A DNA stretch of 47,249 nt from a virus (lineage: Duplodnaviria > Caudoviricetes). The first letter of the stretch is position 1; every line of letters starts with the position of its first letter. Below the pieces are notes generated by a model that worked only from the letters and a program-made list of their open reading frames with translations, searched no databases and was not told the DNA's origin. Shown here one piece after another: positions 34,745-42,833 of the stretch. A program made the translations under genes and the position numbers. The stretch is from IMG/VR virus record IMGVR_UViG_3300036786_000032, positions 1 through 47,249 of that record; one strand, given 5' to 3'.

Positions 34745-35326
34745 TCACTGCCCGAGCTGCCTGCGCGCGGCAGCCAACACCGCCAGGTCCCGCTCGCGGG
34801 CGACCGGGTTCGGGGACGTTCCGACCAGCCTCTCCGCCTCGTCCCACGGCATCATCCGGTGCGACGCCGTCTCCCACTCGACCAGGTGCGGGTGTTGCGC
34901 CTGGGACTCCCCCAGGTAGTAGTGCGTCGTGCTCGTGCGTCCCGCGTGCCCCCCGGGGATCATGCCAGTGATCCTGGCCTGGTGGCCAGTCTCCTCGAGC
35001 GACTCGCGCAGGGCCGCCTCGGCTGGGTGTTCGCCCGGGTCGGGCCGGCCCTTCGGCAGTGTCCAATGGGTATCGTCAAAGTGGTTCGCCGGCTCTCGCA
35101 CGACGACCCGCGTCCGGTCCGGACTGTGCACCACGATGCCGTACGCCGCACCACGCTCCCGCGGGCCGAACCCGCCCTGGGCCGGCGTGAGCGCGTGCGG
35201 GTCGGCCGAGAGCGCAGACGCGCTCGCGCGCTTGGCAGCGGCCAGGGCAGAGTCCTTCGAGACGGGCTCGCGGGACGGGACGACTGGGCTCGTGAACGAG
35301 CGTGTGGTGGGGTTCCAGTGCGTCAT
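34745..35326 (-). CDS. Nudix hydrolase with type I leader
   Basis: Nudix box WTLPKGRPDPGEHPAEAALRESLEETG. Confidence 0.9.
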   Translation of the reverse strand: MTHWNPTTRSFTSPVVPSREPVSKDSALAAAKRASASALSADPHALTPAQGGFGPRERGAAYGIVVHSPDRTRVVVREPANHFDDTHWTLPKGRPDPGEHPAEAALRESLEETGHQARITGMIPGGHAGRTSTTHYYLGESQAQHPHLVEWETASHRMMPWDEAERLVGTSPNPVARERDLAVLAAARRQLGQ

Positions 35327-35351
35327 AGGCTTTCAGTGCGTCGCTGCCTCG

Positions 35352-35933
35352 CTAATACGCAGCCTTCCCGCCAAGCGATCGATGCTCAGCTTCTAAGCTC
35401 TCTGGGTCAGCCATAAGAAATTGTCGGACTGGCATGGACAGGTGCTGTCCGTTCGGGTGTTCAAGGTGCATCTCTTGAAACGGCTGCCGCTTGTGCAGGT
35501 CAGCCACGAAGTCTTGCACACGCTCGATAGCCTTTCTGCCCTGCGGCTTCATGACCATGCCGTAGCGCGTCGTGGCCCTTGCCCAGCCACGGTTATAGAG
35601 ACGGTTGAACACTCGATCCTCACCATTCCCAGGGTCGTTAAGGTCCCTGAGGTCTTTCGGCGTCGCTTCAAACGCCTCAGGGTGTGCCATCACCGTGAAT
35701 CGATGCCGAGGCAGAACGTCTTCTCCTTTCCACTTGGTAGGCAACAAACGCCCGGTGGATGGGTGATACCACCATGACTCTTCATCAAACGGATCCCCTC
35801 CGCCGTAGTCAGTTGGCACGTGATACCGACCGACCCTCTTGAACCCAGGGTACGGCGAAGGACTGAGCCCAAGCGTGATGACCGCCGGACAGACGAATGA
35901 CCTGAGAATAAGGCTCCAACTCACGCGCGTCAT
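35352..35933 (-). CDS. Hypothetical protein with type I-like leader
   Basis: Start reassigned to ATG 35933 (TGATG overlap). MTRVSWSLILRSFVCP leader; WWYHP.TG..H..GWAR motif. Confidence 0.65.
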   Translation of the reverse strand: MTRVSWSLILRSFVCPAVITLGLSPSPYPGFKRVGRYHVPTDYGGGDPFDEESWWYHPSTGRLLPTKWKGEDVLPRHRFTVMAHPEAFEATPKDLRDLNDPGNGEDRVFNRLYNRGWARATTRYGMVMKPQGRKAIERVQDFVADLHKRQPFQEMHLEHPNGQHLSMPVRQFLMADPESLEAEHRSLGGKAAY

Positions 35934-37477
35934 CAGCCCTCCTCCGGCCACTGGAACCCCGGCCGCAACTTCTGCAGCGCCTGCGTCCAGTCGTCGTGCA
36001 TCGTATCGCGCGTCCGTTTCAGGACCGGGGCGACCTTCCCTGCCGGGCCCCCGCCTGCCGCATAGTGCGTGAGCGCCTCGTCGATCGCGCCGTCGGGCAC
36101 GGCCTGCGTGCCGTGGATCGCCCGCTGCATCTCGGCGAACGCTTCGGGCGGAATGTCGGCCTTCCCGCTGCCCCACTGTTTGAGCAGGCCCTTCGTGTAC
36201 CCGGCCCCGAAGTTTCCCGGCAGGCGGTAGGACGGGTCCAGGCTGGTCCTCGTGCTCATTGCCTGCGGCTTGAACGCCTGCCCGCGGTCGATGCGGAACG
36301 GCATGCCGGTGTGCGGCGCGACCATGCCGTTCTCCTGGTTACCGTCGTGATCGCCCACCCACATGTCGAGCGCGTGGTTCGCGAGCAGAGCGCCCTTCTG
36401 CCGTGGTGAGAACTTGGACGGGTCTGACGGCAGCGGCTTGGCCCCCTCGACGAATGGCTGCGCGCTCACCATCTCGCCCCTGTGCTCGAACTGGCCCACA
36501 GGCACCGTGTCCTGCGGCCTGACGTGCGCCAGCAGTCGGCTCACCGAGGCCTCAGCCGCGGCGCGCATGGAGCGCATCTCCGGACGGTCCGAACGCTTGG
36601 CGGCCTTCACGAACCAGCGGGTCTTGCCGGGCCCCTCCATGAACCACGCCGGGTTGCTCCCCTGTGGCGCCTTCTGCGGGAGCATGCGAAAGAGATCACG
36701 GTGGGCCCCGGCAGCCACCGCGCGTGCCTCGTCACTGAACGCGTAGTGCCCAGGCGAGGCCGTCGACCCGTCATCCGTGACGCCAGGGTGGTGCGTCCGC
36801 CCCGTCTCCGCGTGCATCCTGGCCGTAGCCGCGTCCAGGATCTGGGCGCGCACCGCCGACGGCGTGCCCGGCTTGAGCGCCTGGGCCACCTCGGGCGGCG
36901 TGCCTTCCGACGAGCTCCCCGTCCCGCCTCGCAGGATCGCGTCCGCCATGCCCAAGACGCGCTCGGTCGGCTCTTCCTCGTCGTCCGCCACCCGCTGCCA
37001 CTTGTCGGGCTCGGACGCGATGACGGACTCGATGGGCCCCTCCTCGCCGGTCGGGCTCCCGTCGGGTCCCACTACCTTGCCGTAGTCCGCGCCTCCCCTC
37101 CTGGCCACCCGCACGAGCGCCCGGCCGTCCTGGTGCCTGGCTACCACGCCGGAAAGCCGGAGCTGGGCCGCGCTGGGCCCGGACTCGGACGCCGCGTCGC
37201 ACAGGACGGCCGCCCCGAGCGCGCGCATCGAGACTTCGGGGCCGGGTTCATCCGCCACAACCTCCCATGCCCCGGCGTTGTGTGCCAGGATCGAGTCGAC
37301 GGGCATGGGCGGGCCCATGTCCCGACCGTCCTCATCGCGGACGACGCCCCAGAGCATGTCAGACGGCTCGTCGGGCCCGGCTCGGTCGGGCGGCGGAGGC
37401 ACGATCACGAGGGACGCGCCGTCGTCGCGGGTCGCGAAGACGGTGCCCGAGGGGTATGAGATAATAGCGTCGTTCAT
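35933..37477 (-). CDS. HipA/PI3-PI4-kinase-like protein with two N-terminal repeats
   Basis: WFVKAA, AAAEASVSRLL, LDMWVGDHDGNQEN and FRIDRGQAF: the Lys, Glu, catalytic-loop and ID.G motifs of atypical kinases. Confidence 0.78.
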   Translation of the reverse strand: MNDAIISYPSGTVFATRDDGASLVIVPPPPDRAGPDEPSDMLWGVVRDEDGRDMGPPMPVDSILAHNAGAWEVVADEPGPEVSMRALGAAVLCDAASESGPSAAQLRLSGVVARHQDGRALVRVARRGGADYGKVVGPDGSPTGEEGPIESVIASEPDKWQRVADDEEEPTERVLGMADAILRGGTGSSSEGTPPEVAQALKPGTPSAVRAQILDAATARMHAETGRTHHPGVTDDGSTASPGHYAFSDEARAVAAGAHRDLFRMLPQKAPQGSNPAWFMEGPGKTRWFVKAAKRSDRPEMRSMRAAAEASVSRLLAHVRPQDTVPVGQFEHRGEMVSAQPFVEGAKPLPSDPSKFSPRQKGALLANHALDMWVGDHDGNQENGMVAPHTGMPFRIDRGQAFKPQAMSTRTSLDPSYRLPGNFGAGYTKGLLKQWGSGKADIPPEAFAEMQRAIHGTQAVPDGAIDEALTHYAAGGGPAGKVAPVLKRTRDTMHDDWTQALQKLRPGFQWPEEG

Positions 37478-37480
37478 GGG

Positions 37481-40400
37481 TTAACTATACTTTCCTAAGA
37501 AAGCCTCTGCATACTTCGCCTTATCTAGCGGGATCTCTACCTTTTGCGGAGAATACCTATGGGGAATTCCCGCAGCGTCCAGCTTAGGAGCGATGTCTTC
37601 CCTATCCGCCTTACGATGGAACACAATCTCGTGAATGTCACCGACGCTCAGCCCGCCATGGTATTGGGCCTCAATGTAGTCGTCCGCAAGGGGCGTCAAC
37701 CCTTCCCTAGTGTGCAGGAACGGGTCGTACCTCAGCAATGCGTGGTGCGACTTGGACATGTTCTTCGGGTTCAAGACGGGAGCAGAGATGGACCTGTGAC
37801 TGGGCGTTAAGATTGGGGACGGAGTCGAGAGCGCCTTACCTGGCTCCCCGAGCAACCCTCCATTATGGTTGAGAGAGTCGCCGGCGGTCCATGTGGACCG
37901 GTTGAGGACCCCGTCCTTGAGTCTCACCGCAATCCTGCCGTACTGGGTCAACGGGTCGTGCATTACGTCGACGTACGGGATGTGCTTGATTGAGAGGAAC
38001 TGTCTATCACGCATCCTAGCGGTACCGTGCGGGTCGTCCGTCAGGTACCCATACACCGGACGGTGGCGAGGGTCAGTAGAAGCCTCATCGTACCCGAACG
38101 CCCGAGCCTCATACCTTTTCCTATACGGCGGGTTATAGATGTCCGGATGGCTCTTGACCTCATGCTGCGTCTTGAACCGGCCGCTGTCTATCACCCTAGA
38201 TAGGCTACGGGGCGTAATCCTTACCCATGGTCGCAGCGCGGGTAAGACTGTCCTCACCTGTGTGCGCATCGCGTCTGCGATATGCTCCGGCCTAACCCGC
38301 TCCCTCTTAGCCCGGGCAGAGATCTCCTCGTCCTGTAGACGAGAGTTGTCCGCTCCAGGGTATGCTGTCGGAGACCAGAGCCCAGAGGCCACCGCGTGGG
38401 CTACGGGTCCATGACGCTCGAGAAAGGGATCCGCGAGCGACCTCACGCGCACCGGCCCGAGTTCGGCGGCCTCTCCGACAACCCTATGCGGAATGCCCGC
38501 GGCCTCCAGGCGCTTGCGAAGCGGGGCGGGGAGCGGCTTGCCGTGGGCCACCACCTCAGCGACGTCCTCGGGAGTCAGGCCCCCGTGGTACTGTGCCTCG
38601 ACGTAGCCCCCTGGCATCAGGTGAGACGTCGTCGCGTTGATGTCCCAGTTGACCAGGTGCTCGTGAGACACCGACCTCTCCGAAGGGGAGAGCAACGGGG
38701 ACGGCATCAGGTCTGGGCCGCCCGGACGGCCGTGCTCGTGGCTATCCCACGTCCCATCCCTCCTCAGGTGCCTCGACATGCGGTCGAGCGTGTCGCCGAA
38801 CGTGAGTGTGGTCCTGGGGGCGACCCTGTCTCGCCTCAGCCTCACGGCGACATTGCCGTAGGGGTTCACCATGTCTGAGAGCCCCGTGTACCCGCTCGGC
38901 ACGTCTCCGTGGTCCCGCTCGGTCAGGTACCCATACACGGGGCGGTACCTGTGACTTGTCTGGTGCCCCGGCGCGTACCCGAACGCCGCAGCCTCGAGCT
39001 GGTCACGCAGGTGAGGGTCGTAGTGCGCGCTCGACTTACCCAGCTCGTGCTGAGTCTTCCACCAACCGTCGTCGAGTATCTTACCCAGGCTGCCGGGAGT
39101 CGTCTTAACCCACGGCTGGAGAGTCGGTACGACTCGGTCGACCTGCGACTGGACCCTTTGTCGGAGCTCGCCGGGCGTCGTCTCGTGGTGCGGCGCCTGT
39201 AGCCTGTAGGCCTCGGCACGGGCCTCGTCCCCGGGTACTGGGCCCATGTCCCACGTGCCTGTGATGAGCCGGTGGGCCACGGGTCCGTGGCGCTCGAGGA
39301 AGGGTTCGTCACCCCTCCCCTGACCTAAGCTCTTAACAGTCGCCTCGCCCGGTTTCGTGCCTGCCACCCTGTGCGGGATGCTCGCAGCATCGAGGGCCGG
39401 CGCCAGCCAGTCTCGGTCCATCTTACGGTGGAAGACTACCTCAGCCACATCGGACACTCGCAGGCCACCGTGATACTGCGCCTCAGAGTATCCCCAGCTC
39501 AACCCACGCCTAGAATGATCGTCGGGGTCATATTCCGGTATCTTTCCACGGTGTCCAAGCTTCAAGGTTAACGCTGGGATAGACGAGTGATGCGGAGCTA
39601 AGAACAGTGACGGCGTAGATTGCGCCCCCTTAGAGATCCACCTAGGTTTCTTGCCCATGCTGTCAAAGTGGTCTGCATTGTCATCGTACGAGTCGCCAGC
39701 AACCCACGTCGTTCGTGGGGCGACGAGGTCCTTATGCAGTCTGACCGCCACGTGACCATACATGCCTACGTAGTCATGCGTTCTCTCTAAGTTAAGCGGG
39801 TGGGGGCCATGCGAGTGCCCGTCTGGGTCGTCTGTCAGGTAGCCATACACCGGCCTGTGCTTCGGACTCGTGCCATTGCCGTAACCCCAAGCCAGGCGCT
39901 CATACGCTGAACGCTCATGAGGGTCGTATACCCCATTTGAGGTAGGTATCTCATGCTGCGTCTTAAACCGTCCCGTGCGTAGGATCCCGTCCAGGCTTCC
40001 CGCAGTCGTCCTTACCCATGGGTTCATGGCCGGCACGACTGCCTCAACCTGCCGCTGCATCCTCGCGCGATAGTCAGCAGGCGTCACGCCCTTTCTAGCT
40101 GCAGCCGCCTTCGCCCTATGCGACAGCCGTATCTCGTTGGACGACAGCGGGTCGGTCGACAGGCCACGCGGGCTGCTCGCGGCGATCGCGGCGGCCACGG
40201 GTCCGTGGCGCTCGAGTGCCGAGTCGGTGTCGTTGTCTCTACCCAGCGCCTTCGTCCAGTGTCTCTCGTCGCCTGCCTCGTCCTGCGACTGTCTCCCGTC
40301 CTCAGAGTCATCTCTCTCCGCCACTCGATGCGGTATGCCGCGACGGTCGAGCTCTGCCTTCAGCTCGCGGTGCGGGGCCGGAGTGTGAAACACGACCTCC

Positions 40401-41122
40401 TCGACGTGCTCCGGCCGGACCCCGCCGTGGTACTGGGCCTCGAGGTAGTAGCCCCGCTCGCCGGGCAGCATATGGCTCAGCTCACTCGGAGGCGGCGGGT
40501 GCCCCCTGTACGACCCGCTGATGACCAGGTCTCTCCAGCTCAGGGAGTGCAGCTCAGGCTTGAGCAGCGGAGACGGGTGGGCTGTCATCGCGTTGACCAG
40601 CGAGTCTCCGGCGACCCACGTGGTCCGTGGTGCCATCTCGTCGCGCTTTAGCCGCACGGCTACGCTACCGTACTGCCTGACATGGTCGGGTGACAGGTCG
40701 TCCTCCACGCGGCCGTCGGGATGCTCCGTCAGGTAACCGTAGACGGGACGCTGCTCGTGCGGCGTGTCGGTAGGATGGTACCCGAACCAGCCGTGCTCGT
40801 AGTTCGACCGACTGAGCGGCGAGTAAGCGCCCCTCGAGTGGGCCACCTCGTGCTGCGTCTTGAACCGATCGTCGGCAAGAACCCGTCCCAAGGAGGCCGG
40901 TGTGGTCCTGACCCACGGTAGAACGCTGGACAGGCGCTTCGACATCGCCTCGGTCAGCCGGCTGCGAAACGCATCTGGAGCGAGACCCCGCCTGAACGCT
41001 CCGGCCACGATTGCGTTGTCGGACATCGCACGCGCCACCCGAAGGGACGAGCTCTCAGGCACGAGGAGCGCATGCTCCTCGGGCTCGGCATGCAGACCGG
41101 ACGGCTCGTCGACGAGGGTCAC
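37481..41122 (-). CDS. Polyprotein of four tandem DUF3626-like domains
   Basis: Four copies of PWV(R/K)..KTQHE..RPVYGYLT..YG..AVRL..GD(S/T)..EAQYHGG..IPHR. Copies 2-4 are preceded by LERHGPVA. Confidence 0.8.
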   Translation of the reverse strand: MTLVDEPSGLHAEPEEHALLVPESSSLRVARAMSDNAIVAGAFRRGLAPDAFRSRLTEAMSKRLSSVLPWVRTTPASLGRVLADDRFKTQHEVAHSRGAYSPLSRSNYEHGWFGYHPTDTPHEQRPVYGYLTEHPDGRVEDDLSPDHVRQYGSVAVRLKRDEMAPRTTWVAGDSLVNAMTAHPSPLLKPELHSLSWRDLVISGSYRGHPPPPSELSHMLPGERGYYLEAQYHGGVRPEHVEEVVFHTPAPHRELKAELDRRGIPHRVAERDDSEDGRQSQDEAGDERHWTKALGRDNDTDSALERHGPVAAAIAASSPRGLSTDPLSSNEIRLSHRAKAAAARKGVTPADYRARMQRQVEAVVPAMNPWVRTTAGSLDGILRTGRFKTQHEIPTSNGVYDPHERSAYERLAWGYGNGTSPKHRPVYGYLTDDPDGHSHGPHPLNLERTHDYVGMYGHVAVRLHKDLVAPRTTWVAGDSYDDNADHFDSMGKKPRWISKGAQSTPSLFLAPHHSSIPALTLKLGHRGKIPEYDPDDHSRRGLSWGYSEAQYHGGLRVSDVAEVVFHRKMDRDWLAPALDAASIPHRVAGTKPGEATVKSLGQGRGDEPFLERHGPVAHRLITGTWDMGPVPGDEARAEAYRLQAPHHETTPGELRQRVQSQVDRVVPTLQPWVKTTPGSLGKILDDGWWKTQHELGKSSAHYDPHLRDQLEAAAFGYAPGHQTSHRYRPVYGYLTERDHGDVPSGYTGLSDMVNPYGNVAVRLRRDRVAPRTTLTFGDTLDRMSRHLRRDGTWDSHEHGRPGGPDLMPSPLLSPSERSVSHEHLVNWDINATTSHLMPGGYVEAQYHGGLTPEDVAEVVAHGKPLPAPLRKRLEAAGIPHRVVGEAAELGPVRVRSLADPFLERHGPVAHAVASGLWSPTAYPGADNSRLQDEEISARAKRERVRPEHIADAMRTQVRTVLPALRPWVRITPRSLSRVIDSGRFKTQHEVKSHPDIYNPPYRKRYEARAFGYDEASTDPRHRPVYGYLTDDPHGTARMRDRQFLSIKHIPYVDVMHDPLTQYGRIAVRLKDGVLNRSTWTAGDSLNHNGGLLGEPGKALSTPSPILTPSHRSISAPVLNPKNMSKSHHALLRYDPFLHTREGLTPLADDYIEAQYHGGLSVGDIHEIVFHRKADREDIAPKLDAAGIPHRYSPQKVEIPLDKAKYAEAFLGKYS

Positions 41123-41125
41123 AGG

Positions 41126-41524
41126 CTACCCCTCGAGCTCGTCGTCATCATTGCCCTGGGTCGAGTCGTCTTGCGCCGAGTCTTCCCCACCCAACACCAC
41201 CTTCCCGCCGAGCTGCTCCGCGGCATCCTCGGCTAGGGCCTGGTCGCTCCGCAGCCCGACCTGGGCAGCCCGGGCGTTCAGGTAGTCCTGGAGCGACGCC
41301 TCGTCACTCCTCCAGGAGAGGCCGCTCACGGTCGCTTCTGTCCCGTCGGCCAGCCTGACCGTGACCCCGGTGCCCTCGCCGTGGTGGGCTGCCTCGTGGT
41401 CGACCCCGCCTGGGCTGACGATCGTGAAGTCCTCGGGGCTGCCGACGAACCGCGAGCGGCGGTCCTCGTCAGGGGATGGGTTGCTGCTGTCGCTTCCGCC
41501 TACCGGCTGTCCGAACCTGCTCAT
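41126..41524 (-). CDS. Acidic hypothetical protein
   Basis: 132 aa, AGGAGA RBS upstream. Confidence 0.65.
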   Translation of the reverse strand: MSRFGQPVGGSDSSNPSPDEDRRSRFVGSPEDFTIVSPGGVDHEAAHHGEGTGVTVRLADGTEATVSGLSWRSDEASLQDYLNARAAQVGLRSDQALAEDAAEQLGGKVVLGGEDSAQDDSTQGNDDDELEG

Positions 41525-41539
41525 GGCAGTCTCCTGTCG

Positions 41540-42823
41540 TTATGTTATCTCTTCCAACTCGATCTTCCAGCGTTTGTTTAACCAAGTCGGCTTCTCCACC
41601 TTAGTCACCTTGTACCGCGCGCCCTTGGGCGAGTACACTTCCTGCTCGCTCGATAAGAGCGCCGAGCTGCAGTCCTGCATCGACGGCGAGCCCTTCACGT
41701 GGAACAGGTACCGCTGCTCCCCGCTTCCAAAGTGGCTTGCCGTGCTCTCCGACTTACTGAAGCCATTGTGGCAGTTCCACTCGATCGTCGCGCCCTCGGT
41801 CGTCAGCACCTGGTGCAGTGCGGCGTCATCCGTGTACTTCGATGGCTTGAGCCCGAAGCCACGCCACAGGTCGCCCAGGTACTGTGGGGCCTTTGACGCA
41901 GCCTTCTCAAACGAAGCCACGTCCCCCTTCGTATAGCTCGTGGTGTGGCCCTTCAGCTCCTTCAGGCCCATCTGGGCGAGCCGCATCGGCCAGGCGCTCC
42001 CGGCCCAATCCTTCATCAGCGACCAGCCAGTCTTGCCCGAGTCGGCTGACTTCACCGACTTCGCGTACGCCCGCCACCCCGCCAAGGGTAGGCGTGTGGG
42101 CTGGGCCGGCACGCCGGGGGTGGCAGGCTTGCCCGGGATCGCGCCCGCGAGCTTAGACCAGACCTCGGCCCGCTGGTGGCGCAGCTGCTCGACCAGCTTC
42201 TTGACCTTTGTGTGCTCCGTCGTTCCGGGCGCGTACCCCTTCTCCTGCTTGAGCAGCTTGCGAATCTGCGTCGTCAGGTGCTTGACCGCCGGGTGGGACT
42301 TGTCCACCGGACCAGCAGCCGACCGCGCTGGCTTGGGCTTGTAGACCCCGCCGCCGAACCCGGCTGCGCCGCCTGAGTCGGGGGCCTCCTTCAGCTTTGC
42401 CGGCTTCACCTGGTCATCACGAACATGGCGTACCTTCCCCGAGTCAAACTGCACGCGAAGCCACTCGCCAGAGCTGGCGCCGACCACCTTGCCGGGGCCA
42501 TACTTTGGGTCAACGACCGCGTCGCCTGGCTGATACCCCGCGGCAGACGGGCCGGCTTCCCCCAGGCCGGCATGCCCCTTACCCGGGCCCAACGGCTCCA
42601 GGTTGTCGACTGCAGTCGGATGTACCTCCCCTGGCTTCTCGTCATGCTCTACGTGAGCCAGCCCGTTCGCGACCTTGGTCACCGTGCCAGCCCCGCGGAC
42701 GGGATGGATCACGCGACTGCCTGGGACGAACTCCCCGCCCGCGTACCCAGCAATGCCACCGACTGGGGCGTGAGGATGGGCTAGGGCAGCTGTCGTCATC
42801 TGAGCACCATCATACCATGGCAA
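41540..42823 (-). CDS. Two SH3/Tudor-like domains fused to an R-S-E ADP-ribosyltransferase
   Basis: PGSRVIHPVRGAGTV and PGDAVVDPKYGPGKV repeats; ART motifs LWRGF, GFSKS and SEQEVYSPKGARYKV. Alternative ATG at 42799. Confidence 0.75.
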   Translation of the reverse strand: MPWYDGAQMTTAALAHPHAPVGGIAGYAGGEFVPGSRVIHPVRGAGTVTKVANGLAHVEHDEKPGEVHPTAVDNLEPLGPGKGHAGLGEAGPSAAGYQPGDAVVDPKYGPGKVVGASSGEWLRVQFDSGKVRHVRDDQVKPAKLKEAPDSGGAAGFGGGVYKPKPARSAAGPVDKSHPAVKHLTTQIRKLLKQEKGYAPGTTEHTKVKKLVEQLRHQRAEVWSKLAGAIPGKPATPGVPAQPTRLPLAGWRAYAKSVKSADSGKTGWSLMKDWAGSAWPMRLAQMGLKELKGHTTSYTKGDVASFEKAASKAPQYLGDLWRGFGLKPSKYTDDAALHQVLTTEGATIEWNCHNGFSKSESTASHFGSGEQRYLFHVKGSPSMQDCSSALLSSEQEVYSPKGARYKVTKVEKPTWLNKRWKIELEEIT

Positions 42824-42833
42824 GCGCCTATGG

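Noticed and set aside
11746-36176. Longest-ORF starts at 11883, 21370, 23667, 24403, 25442 and 36176
   Set aside because: These extensions overlap upstream genes. Downstream starts with RBS or stop-start overlaps (11745, 21175, 23553, 24244, 25367, 35933) are more plausible.
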